Shown: in pieces, positions 56,496 to 64,000 of the stretch | Position numbering within the stretch: the first letter of the stretch is position 1 | Layout of the letters: each line of letters begins with the position of its first letter | Source of the DNA: Thermoanaerobaculia bacterium | GTDB taxonomy: Bacteria > Acidobacteriota > Thermoanaerobaculia > Multivoradales > JAGPDF01 | Direction of reading: 5' to 3' | Assembly (NCBI GenBank): GCA_031403995.1 | Contig: JANNGS010000012.1 | Coordinates: 4,999-68,998 of the forward strand | Length of the DNA stretch: 64,000 nucleotides | Translations under genes and position numbers: made by a program | Notes under the pieces: generated by a model | What the model saw: the letters and a program-made list of their open reading frames with translations, nothing else | Told to the model about the DNA's origin: nothing | Database searches by the model: none

Positions 56496-57226
56496 ACGGC
56501 GGCCGTCACCGGGGGATCGTCCTTCGGGCGCTTGGCGCCCTTGTACTGATCGTCTTCGTAGGCGAGACAGCAGAGGAGCCGCCCGCACTGACCGGAGATC
56601 TTCGACGGATTGAGGGAGAGGTTCTGGCGTTTGGCCATCTGAATCGAAATCGGCCGGAAATCCTTGAGCCAGGTGGAGCAGCAAAGTGTCTGGCCGCAGA
56701 CACCCACGCCCCCGAGCAGCGCCGCTTCGTCGCGCGAGCCGACCTGCACCATCTGGATCCGGGCGGCGAAGCGCTGCGAGAGGTCGCGCACGAGTTGGCG
56801 AAAGTCGATCCGGTGCTCGGCGGTGAAGTGCAGGGTCGCCCGCTTCCCGGAGAGCGCGAAGTCGACTTTGGAGATCTTCATCTCGAGCTTGAGCGCTCGC
56901 ACGCGCTCGAGGCAGAAGAGCTTCGCTGTCCGCTCGCGGTCCAACTTGGCCTCGAAGGCCTGCTTGTCCTCGGTCGTCGCCGGGCGCAGGATCGATTTCG
57001 CCGAGGCCTTCTGACAGGGCTTGAAAATCGGCATCGGGGACTGCTCGACGCGGCCGTAGGCCGGCTCGCCTTCGACCTCGACGATGACCCCGGCGCCCCT
57101 GCCGAGGAGCTCGCCACCGGTCCCGCAGAGGGTAAGGTTGGTTTCCTCGCCGAAGCGCACGCCGACATAGGCGGTCTCGACCGCCGTCGACATTCCCTTG
57201 TACGAGCAACCGCCGCAACCGGACAT
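56492..57226 (-). CDS. PSP1 domain protein (YaaT/RicT-like)
   Basis: VGVRF...GEPAYGRVE..., and the Cys-rich C-terminal region [20 protein letters not shown]...[17 protein letters not shown] typical of PSP1/RicT. Start is 57226 ([11 protein letters not shown]..) or 57193 (MSTAVET..). Confidence 0.85.
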   Translation of the reverse strand: MSGCGGCSYKGMSTAVETAYVGVRFGEETNLTLCGTGGELLGRGAGVIVEVEGEPAYGRVEQSPMPIFKPCQKASAKSILRPATTEDKQAFEAKLDRERTAKLFCLERVRALKLEMKISKVDFALSGKRATLHFTAEHRIDFRQLVRDLSQRFAARIQMVQVGSRDEAALLGGVGVCGQTLCCSTWLKDFRPISIQMAKRQNLSLNPSKISGQCGRLLCCLAYEDDQYKGAKRPKDDPPVTAAV

Positions 57227-57344
57227 GGCTAGCTCACCAGAATTGCACGATCAATACCAACGAAGCACGCCAGAAGCGGCGAGGAAGACCGATCCAACGC
57301 CCCTCAGAGGCGTCCGGCGGGCATACGAGCACGAACCTGCAGCC

Positions 57345-57373
57345 ATGATGGCACCCCCCCCTGGGGCTGTCAA
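57345..57373 (-). promoter_or_regulatory. putative sigma70 promoter for the PSP1-hfq-like-pdxA unit
   Basis: Minus strand TTGACA-17 nt-CATCAT. The spacer contains a G8 run (C8 at 57354-57361 on the + strand). Confidence 0.4.
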
Positions 57374-57430
57374 CGCAACGCAGCGGCTGACGCGGGCGCC
57401 AAGCGCCGCCGCAACGGCGCGACTTGCGGG

Positions 57431-58441
57431 TCAGAGAGCGAGCCAGCGGCGACCGGGAGCCCAGCGCGACAGCACCCACAGGAGGGCGAAATGGAGGCCC
57501 CCGGCGAGCGCGAGACGCGCTGGGTGGCCGTAGAAGGCGAACGGCAGCCACGGTCCCAGGGAGAGAAAGAAGGCATAGGTCACGGTGTGGGCGAGGAAGA
57601 GGTAGAGGGCGTTGCGTCCGAAGGGCAGCAAGAGCCAGCCCGCGGCGCGCCGGATCGGCACAAAGTAGCGATCGACGAGCGCGAAGAAAAGGAGCGCGGC
57701 GCAGAGGAGGTCGAGGAGGCGCCCGGGGGCGAGTTGCTCGCGTCCGAAGAGCAGCGCGATCCTCTCCGAATCCCACCCTGACCAACCCGCCGCGTGCGCG
57801 ACCCCGAGGATCACGAAAGCGGCATACAAGACCGCGGGGAGGGCGATCGTGAGTCCGGCGGGGAGCGCCCGCCAGGCCCTTCCGACGCGCTCGCGATGAT
57901 GGCCGAGCGCCATGCCGCCGAAAAAGAGCAGCTGCCACGAGAGGAGGAGGAAACCGCCGTACGGTCCATGCTCGAGGTACGGAACCGCCAACCCGCCCCC
58001 GCGCGCCAGAGCCAGGGTCCACAGTCCGAGGGAGACCGCGACCAGCAACGCCGTGCGGCCGCTGCGCAGGCAGCCGAGAGCCAGCGGCGCGAGCAGGAGG
58101 AAGAGGGCGTAACGCGGCAGAACCTGCAGGAAATAGGGCTGATTGAAATCGAAGAGCTCGAATACCGAGAAGCCCGGGTGACGAATCTGGGAGAACTGCA
58201 GGATGCGCGTCGTCTCTGCCGCGAAGAGCAGGAAGACGAGAGCAAGATTCAGCAGATAGAGCTGTACTCCGCGGCGCGCGAGCCCGCGACTCGCCGCGGC
58301 AAGACCGGCGCTTTCCGCCCGGCGGCCGAAGACCACTCCCGTGGTCGCGCCTGAGATGAGGAAGAACCCCTCCGCCGCCGAGACGAAGCCGAAGAGCGGC
58401 TGCAGGTCCACCGGCTGCGGCCAGAGGTGGGAGAGCACCAT
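57431..58441 (-). CDS. OpgC/acyltransferase-3-like polytopic membrane protein (5' end unresolved)
   Basis: About 10 TM segments. The open frame continues upstream of the ATG at 58441 and encodes ..GRDERLDLLRGFCLLK-M.., the family-typical N-terminal motif, but with no ATG/GTG/TTG (see findings). Confidence 0.7.
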   Translation of the reverse strand: MVLSHLWPQPVDLQPLFGFVSAAEGFFLISGATTGVVFGRRAESAGLAAASRGLARRGVQLYLLNLALVFLLFAAETTRILQFSQIRHPGFSVFELFDFNQPYFLQVLPRYALFLLLAPLALGCLRSGRTALLVAVSLGLWTLALARGGGLAVPYLEHGPYGGFLLLSWQLLFFGGMALGHHRERVGRAWRALPAGLTIALPAVLYAAFVILGVAHAAGWSGWDSERIALLFGREQLAPGRLLDLLCAALLFFALVDRYFVPIRRAAGWLLLPFGRNALYLFLAHTVTYAFFLSLGPWLPFAFYGHPARLALAGGLHFALLWVLSRWAPGRRWLAL

Positions 58442-58560
58442 CTTGAGCAGACAGAAACCGCGCAGGAGATCGAGCCTCTCGTCGCGCCCCTCGTCGGGGG
58501 CGACGGCCGAATAGGTTTGGGACCGGGAAGCCAGAGGCTGGCGCCTCGCCTCTGCCTGTT

Positions 58561-59886
58561 TCAGGGCTCGGCGGGAGGTGGCAGGCGGAAGACGCCACTC
58601 TCGCCGGAGACGATTCCATGTTCGAGGGCGCGCCGGCCGATGTCCTTGCGCAGGATCTTCGATGGCCAGTGGATCTCGTAGGCGGCGGCATAGGCGCTCT
58701 TCAGCGCCTCGGCGAGCGTCGCTCCGGTCGCACCGACCGAGAGGACGCGCCCGGAGGCGGCGACCACGACGCCCTCGACCAGCGCGGTTCCGGAGTGGAA
58801 GATCTCGACGTTGGGCATCGCCGCCGCGCGTGCGAGGCCGGTGATCGGCTCTCCCTGCACCGGTTTCTCGGGATATCCCGCGCTCGCCAGAACGATGACC
58901 GCCGCGGCCTCCTTGCGGAAATGCAGCCGCGCGACGCCGAAGTTGCCCGCCGCACCTGCGGCGAGAATCGGCAACAGATCGTCCTCGAGCCGGAGGAAGA
59001 GGGCCTGCGCTTCCGGGTCGCCGAAGCGGGCGTTGAACTCGAGCACCTTGGGGCCGTCCGCGGTCAGCATCAGGCCGGCGTAGAGCACCCCGACGAACGG
59101 CCGACCCTCAGAGGCGATGCCGCGAATCGTCCGATGCATCACGTCTTCGAGGACCTTCGCCGCCTCCTCGGCCGACAGCAGGCCGGATGGACTGAAGGCC
59201 CCCATGCCGCCGGTGTTGGGCCCGCGGTCGCCATCGAGCAGCCGCTTGTGATCGCGCGCAGTCGCGAAAGGCAGCATGCGTTCCCCGTCGGAGAGCGCGA
59301 TGAACGAGACCTCCTCCCCCTCCAGGAACTCCTCGACGACGACGCGATCCGCCGCCGCCGCGAAACGCCTCTCGTCGAACAGAGTGACGAGCGCCGCCTC
59401 GAGCTCGGCGGCGTCGCCCGCGACGATGACGCCCTTGCCCGCCGCGAGCCCGTCGGCTTTGAGGACGACCGGAAAGCCGAACCTCACCGCCGCAGCGGCG
59501 GCATGGGCGCGGTCGTGCGCGATTTCGAAGTCGGCCGTCGGAATCGAATGCCGGCGCAGAAACTCCTTGGCGAAGACCTTCGAGCCCTCGAGCTCGGCGG
59601 CGTGGCGCTTGGGGCCGAAAATTCGCAGACCGCGCGACTGGAACTCGTCGACGATGCCCAGGGTCAGAGGCAGCTCAGGCCCGACGATCGTGAGATCGAT
59701 GCCGGCCTCCAGCGCGAAATCGGCGAGCGAGTGGATCTCCTCCGCGGCGATCGCCACGCAGTCGGCCACCGCCGCGATTCCCGGATTCCCCGGCGCACAG
59801 TAGAGCTCCGTGAGCAGCGGGCTCTGCCGCAGTTTCCAGCACAACGCATGCTCGCGGCCACCGCCGCCCACCACGAGTACCTTCAC
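58561..59886 (-). CDS. purD: phosphoribosylamine-glycine ligase
   Basis: VKVLVVGGGGREHALCWKL, ATP-grasp motifs (VVLKADGLAAGKGV, EEFLEGEEVSF, GPNTGGMGA). GTG start preceded by GGAGCA. Confidence 0.95.
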   Translation of the reverse strand: MKVLVVGGGGREHALCWKLRQSPLLTELYCAPGNPGIAAVADCVAIAAEEIHSLADFALEAGIDLTIVGPELPLTLGIVDEFQSRGLRIFGPKRHAAELEGSKVFAKEFLRRHSIPTADFEIAHDRAHAAAAAVRFGFPVVLKADGLAAGKGVIVAGDAAELEAALVTLFDERRFAAAADRVVVEEFLEGEEVSFIALSDGERMLPFATARDHKRLLDGDRGPNTGGMGAFSPSGLLSAEEAAKVLEDVMHRTIRGIASEGRPFVGVLYAGLMLTADGPKVLEFNARFGDPEAQALFLRLEDDLLPILAAGAAGNFGVARLHFRKEAAAVIVLASAGYPEKPVQGEPITGLARAAAMPNVEIFHSGTALVEGVVVAASGRVLSVGATGATLAEALKSAYAAAYEIHWPSKILRKDIGRRALEHGIVSGESGVFRLPPPAEP

Positions 59887-59921
59887 TGGGTGCTCCTTTC
59901 GTGCGCCTGCGGGCGTCCCGA

Positions 59922-60899
59922 TTACGGCGTGCCGTGCATGCTGCCTGCGCTCACCGCGGCCGCCGCCGCCGCGACGGTCATGACGTCGACCACGTCCTCG
60001 ACCGAGCAGCCCCGGGAGAGATCGTGCACCGGACGGGCAAGGCCCTGCAAGAGCGGCCCAAGCGCCCTGGCGCCGGCGAGCCGCTCGGTCAGCTTGTAGC
60101 CGATGTTACCGGCATCGAGGTCTGGAAACACGAGGACATTCGCGCGTCCGTCGAGACTACGGCGGGCGGCGCCGTGCGACTTCCTCGCCGCGACCTCCGG
60201 CACCAGCGCGGCGTCCGCCTGGAGCTCGCCCTCGAAAGCGAAGTCGACCCCCCGGCGGCCGAGAATCGCCGCCGCTTCGGCGACCTTCTCGACCCGCGGG
60301 TGGCGGGCGCTGCCATGGGTCGAGAACGAGAGCAGGGCGACGCGCGGCTCCTCGGCGAGGAGCAGCCGGCAGCTCGCCGCGGCGGCCACGGCGATGTCGG
60401 CGAGCTCTTCGGCGCTCGGGTCGGGAACCACCGCACAGTCGGAGTAGACCAGCGAGCGTCCGTCAGGAAGGGTCATCAGGAAACAGGAGGAGACGCGCCC
60501 GACTCCCGCCCGGGGACCGACGGCGGCGAGAGCCGCGCGCAGCGTTGCGGCGGTCGTCGCATCGGCGCCCATGACAGCGCCGTCGGCGGCGCCGCAGGCA
60601 ACGAGCGCGCAGGCGAGATGCAGGCTGTCGGCGAGCCGTCGCTCGACCTCGTCGTCAGGGAGGCCGCGCGCCGCAAGCCTCGCAGTGAGGAGGTCACGGG
60701 CCGCGGCCTGCGCTGTCGGCGGCACCTCTTCGAGCCAGACCGGCACACAGAGCGTCCGCCGGATGCATTCGTCCGCCGCGCGGCGGATGCGCGGATCGCC
60801 AGCCTCGGGCAGGACGATGCGCGCGCCTCGCCCGCGCACCGCGGCACGCAGCCGGACCAGCGGATCGTTCAGATCATCCAGATCGCCCAGATCGCTCAC
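59922..60899 (-). CDS. pta: phosphate acetyltransferase (short, PTA_PTB-only form)
   Basis: [12 protein letters not shown].., [40 protein letters not shown]. Confidence 0.88.
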   Translation of the reverse strand: MSDLGDLDDLNDPLVRLRAAVRGRGARIVLPEAGDPRIRRAADECIRRTLCVPVWLEEVPPTAQAAARDLLTARLAARGLPDDEVERRLADSLHLACALVACGAADGAVMGADATTAATLRAALAAVGPRAGVGRVSSCFLMTLPDGRSLVYSDCAVVPDPSAEELADIAVAAAASCRLLLAEEPRVALLSFSTHGSARHPRVEKVAEAAAILGRRGVDFAFEGELQADAALVPEVAARKSHGAARRSLDGRANVLVFPDLDAGNIGYKLTERLAGARALGPLLQGLARPVHDLSRGCSVEDVVDVMTVAAAAAAVSAGSMHGTP

Positions 60900-60912
60900 C
60901 GGCTCACACCGC

Positions 60913-61773
60913 TCACGCCGGCCCGTCCGGCGACGCGAGGCGGGCTATGGCCGCCTCGACCTCGTCGACGACGTAGTCCGGAGTCGACGCGCCGGCGGTA
61001 ATGCCGACCGCCCGGACACCCTCGAACCAGGAAGGATCGATGTCCTCGGCCCCCTGGATGAGGTGGCTCGGCTTGGAACGGGCGCAAATCTCCCAGAGAT
61101 GGCGGGTGTTGGCGCTGCGTGTCCCGCCGATCACGAGAATCAGCCCGATCTCCGGATCGCGCCCGAGCTCGTGCGCCGCCTCCTGATTCTCCTTGGTGGC
61201 ATAGCAGATGGTATCCGCCCGCGTCGCCGGAACCTGCTGCTCTATGTAGCGCGCGAGATCTTCGAAATCGTCGGCATTGAGCGTCGTCTGATAGAAGATC
61301 TTGACCTTCGAGTAGCGCGACCAGTCGATCTCACGAGCCTCTTCGACGGTCATCAGGATATGAAAGCGGAGCGGATCGAGATCGCGCGTGTATCCGGCCA
61401 CCTCGCGATGGTGCGGATCCCCGATGAAGACCAGGTGGGCCCCGCCGGCCAGGGCGACGCTCGCTTCGTCATGGATGTCGTAGACGAAGGGACAGGTGGT
61501 GTCGAGGATCTTGAGCCCGCGCGCCTGAGCGCGCTCGTGAAACGAAGGCGGAACGCCGTGCGCCGAGAAGATGATGGAGCCCGCCTCGGCCTCTTCAAAG
61601 TGCTGCACGGTTCCCACGCCGAGCTGCGCCATCTCGTCGACGACACGCTCGTTGTGAACGACCTGGCCGAGAATGGATCCGCGATTGCCCTCGCGGGCGA
61701 ATTTTTTGACCTTCTTGTCGGCAATTCTCACGCCGGCGCAGAAGCCGTACTTCGCGGCGCGTCGAATCTTCAT
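60913..61773 (-). CDS. ispH: 4-hydroxy-3-methylbut-2-enyl diphosphate reductase
   Basis: [51 protein letters not shown]. Trimmed from the track ORF to the ATG at 61773. Confidence 0.93.
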   Translation of the reverse strand: MKIRRAAKYGFCAGVRIADKKVKKFAREGNRGSILGQVVHNERVVDEMAQLGVGTVQHFEEAEAGSIIFSAHGVPPSFHERAQARGLKILDTTCPFVYDIHDEASVALAGGAHLVFIGDPHHREVAGYTRDLDPLRFHILMTVEEAREIDWSRYSKVKIFYQTTLNADDFEDLARYIEQQVPATRADTICYATKENQEAAHELGRDPEIGLILVIGGTRSANTRHLWEICARSKPSHLIQGAEDIDPSWFEGVRAVGITAGASTPDYVVDEVEAAIARLASPDGPA

Positions 61774-61855
61774 CGAGTAGCGCAGTCTACCAAAGCGGGC
61801 TCCGGCTGGCACCGGCGGTGTTTCGACCGCGCCGGGCGCGGTTGGCGATGGGCTC

Positions 61856-62494
61856 CTAGCCGAAGACCCTCTGCAACGCTCCGCGCCAGCCGGCAAACCG
61901 CACCTTGCCGTCCAGGCGAAAGAGCGTCCAGCACGGGTCACCGTCGAGGGTGTCAGGACCGTGGCTCGATCCAGGTTCGTAGACCGCGTAGTCCCCGGCG
62001 GCGAACTCCCCGCGCTCGTCAGTGTATCCCCCGGCGAGGACCGTGACCTGCTCGAAACCCAGGTGCTCGTGACGCGGAAAGCGCCGTCCGCCGGGCATCT
62101 CTCCCAGGCAGAGCAGCGACTTCGAAACCGCGTCCTCGAACAGCACCGCCACCCGGCCGCCGTTCAGGCCCAGCGACCACCAGCGCGGCCGCGGCTGGCC
62201 GGCGAGCTCCTGGCGCAGCACGAGCGGCACGGGCAGGTGGGCAGCGAACGAATCGACCGGCGCGGGCGCGGCCATCTCGCGCTCCAGCTTCTGCCAGAGC
62301 TCCCGCGACGGCGCTTCGGACGGCAGTTGCTCGAGCCACCAGCCACCCGGAACCGCGAGCTCACCGACCCGTTGCCGGCAAACGCCGCAGTGCTCCAAAT
62401 GAGCCTCGAGCAGCACTCGATGGGGGCGGTCCAGCTGGCTGGCGGCGAGATCCAGGAGGGTCTCGTCTGGCGGATGTGTCAGGTCTCGGCTCAT
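61856..62494 (-). CDS. ChrR-type anti-sigma factor (zinc-binding N-terminus plus cupin C-terminus)
   Basis: N-terminal H-x3-C-x2-C motif (LEAHLEHCGVCRQRV) and a C-terminal cupin-like domain. Lies 10 nt downstream of the ECF sigma gene. Confidence 0.8.
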   Translation of the reverse strand: MSRDLTHPPDETLLDLAASQLDRPHRVLLEAHLEHCGVCRQRVGELAVPGGWWLEQLPSEAPSRELWQKLEREMAAPAPVDSFAAHLPVPLVLRQELAGQPRPRWWSLGLNGGRVAVLFEDAVSKSLLCLGEMPGGRRFPRHEHLGFEQVTVLAGGYTDERGEFAAGDYAVYEPGSSHGPDTLDGDPCWTLFRLDGKVRFAGWRGALQRVFG

Positions 62495-62504
62495 GCTCGG
62501 ATCC

Positions 62505-63056
62505 CTAGAGGCTCGGCGAGCCGCTCTCCGAGAGGACGCCCCGCATCAGGGCAAGTCCGGCACGGATTCTGGATTTCAGCGTTCCCACCGGCAGCTTCAG
62601 ACGCTCGGCAGTCTCTTCGTAAGTCAGCCCGCCGAAGTAGGCGAGCTCGAGCGCCTGGCGCTGTTCGAGCTTGAGATCGGCCATCGCCTTGCGCAGACTG
62701 ATCGAAACGACCCGGCTTTCGGCCTCGGGCCGCTCGGACAGGGCGGCCAAAGATTCCTCGGTGCTCTGGTCGGACCCGGTCGGGAGCTTGCGCCAGAGAT
62801 CCACGACCTTGTTCCGGGTCATGGTGTAGAGCCATCCGGCGACGTCGCCGCGCTCCGGCCGGTAGGTTCCGGCCTTGCGCCAGACTGCCAGGAAGACCTC
62901 CTGCACGACATCTTCCGAAGCGTCGCGGCTCCTGCCCAGCGACCGGACATAGGCGAGGACCTGGGGGGCATGGCGATCGTAGAACAGCCGGAAGGCTTCG
63001 CGGTCGGCCTCCGCGACGCGCTGCAGAAGCTCGAGATCGGGCGGCTGGAGGTTCAT
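62505..63056 (-). CDS. ECF-type RNA polymerase sigma factor
   Basis: Region 2 (FRLFYDRHAPQVLAYVR..DVVQEVFLAVWRKA) and region 4 (QRQALELAYFGGLTYEETAERLKLPVGTLKSRIR). Start taken as the ATG at 63056 (alternative 63134). Confidence 0.88.
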   Translation of the reverse strand: MNLQPPDLELLQRVAEADREAFRLFYDRHAPQVLAYVRSLGRSRDASEDVVQEVFLAVWRKAGTYRPERGDVAGWLYTMTRNKVVDLWRKLPTGSDQSTEESLAALSERPEAESRVVSISLRKAMADLKLEQRQALELAYFGGLTYEETAERLKLPVGTLKSRIRAGLALMRGVLSESGSPSL

Positions 63057-63212
63057 CCGTGGTGGACGTCGCTCGCCCCAGGGGCGGTCCGCCGCGAGCG
63101 GTTCCCTGGCGGCCGATCTCAACGTCAGGCGCATCTTGTCACGATCTCCAGGTCTGTCCTGCTAGCTAACAGTACGCGCCGGGCAGGAAGGCGGATGAAG
63201 GGAGGCGGCGAA

Positions 63213-63986
63213 TCAGGCCGGGCCGATGGCCTCGTCGTAGCGCCGTCCGACGGCCGCCCAATCGACGACGGTCAGGAAGGCCTGAACGTAGTCGGCGCGG
63301 CGATTCTGGTACTTGAGGTAGTAGGCGTGCTCCCAGACGTCGATTCCGAGCAGCGGTGTCTGGCCGGAGGAGAGCGGCGAGTCCTGGTTGGGCAGAGTAC
63401 CCAAGGCGAGCTTCTTGCCGGCGTCGAGCGTCAGCCAGGCCCAGCCGCTGCCGAAGACTCCCCCGGCCGCCTTCGTCAGCTGCTCGCGCAAACCGTCGAA
63501 CGAGCCGAATTGCGCCTGCACCGCGGCCCCGAGTCGCCCCTGGGGAGCCGCGGCGGGCGTCGGCGGCACGGGCCTCATCGAGGTCCAGAAGAGCGTGTGG
63601 TTGGCATGGCCGCCGCCGTGATTGCGCAGCGCGGTGCGCACCGCCTCCGGCATCCGCGTGAGGTCGCGCAGGAACTCCTCGACGCTCTTTCCGGCGAGCT
63701 CCGGCGCCGCCGCGACGGCCTCGTTCAGCTTGGCGACATAGGTGGCGTGATGCTTGTCGTGGTGCAGGCGCATCGTCTCGGCATCGATCGCCGGTTCGAG
63801 CGCGTCGTAGGCGTAGGGCAGTGGCGGCAGGACAAACGGGCCGGACGGTGACACCGCAGCCGAGACCGCCGGAGAGGCGCCCGGAACCGCCGCCTGCGAC
63901 GGGCCCTCGGCCGCCAGCCGGGAGGTCAGCGCGAGCCCGGCAAGCGCGACGGTCGAACCTTGCAGCACCTCTCTTCGATTCCACAT
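63213..63986 (-). CDS. Fe/Mn superoxide dismutase with twin-arginine signal peptide
   Basis: [28 protein letters not shown] (RR-x-x-L Tat-like signal), then [36 protein letters not shown]. Confidence 0.9.
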   Translation of the reverse strand: MWNRREVLQGSTVALAGLALTSRLAAEGPSQAAVPGASPAVSAAVSPSGPFVLPPLPYAYDALEPAIDAETMRLHHDKHHATYVAKLNEAVAAAPELAGKSVEEFLRDLTRMPEAVRTALRNHGGGHANHTLFWTSMRPVPPTPAAAPQGRLGAAVQAQFGSFDGLREQLTKAAGGVFGSGWAWLTLDAGKKLALGTLPNQDSPLSSGQTPLLGIDVWEHAYYLKYQNRRADYVQAFLTVVDWAAVGRRYDEAIGPA

Positions 63987-64000
63987 GTGAGCCTCCTTGG

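Overview
This is a 64-kb, very GC-rich chromosomal segment. Lipoprotein lipoboxes, twin-arginine signals, TolB-like propellers and L,D-transpeptidases point to a diderm bacterium; I cannot assign a taxon from sequence alone. I support about 50 protein genes, 4 tRNAs (fMet, Gln-CUG, Ser-GCU, Ser-UGA), a few intrinsic terminators and three sigma70-like promoters. I recognised no rRNA, CRISPR array, transposase, integrase or phage gene. Most long ORFs in the six-frame track are antisense or out-of-frame artefacts of the high GC content (Arg/Gly/Ala/Pro-rich) and were discarded. Housekeeping content: an Fe(III)-type ABC importer operon coupled to an MFS gene, sucA, tkt, glnS, gltX, serS, purD, pta, ispH, pdxA, a Tat-exported SOD, and an ECF sigma/ChrR pair. 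Accessory content: several large secreted beta-propeller repeat proteins (ELWxxDGT, FG-GAP, two Asp-box paralogs), a 1305-aa PIG-L/amidotransferase-like/M19-dipeptidase fusion, a Ser/Thr kinase with a TolB-like domain, a lipoprotein plus L,D-transpeptidase cluster, and a seven-gene glycosyltransferase (exopolysaccharide-type) cluster next to a GAF-GGDEF cyclase. Items most worth a second look: (1) a ~240-nt structured element present twice in direct orientation, each copy just upstream of a tRNA promoter, with identical long stems around an equal-length divergent loop; (2) tandem ~940-aa Asp-box paralogs ending in a duplicated Cys-containing ~112-aa module that I cannot name; (3) a lipoprotein/LDT cluster with an intrinsic terminator embedded in a Tat-signal coding region; (4) a PSP1(RicT)-Hfq-like-pdxA translationally coupled unit; (5) the PIG-L/dipeptidase fusion. 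All functional calls rest on motif recognition by eye, and no database search was run.
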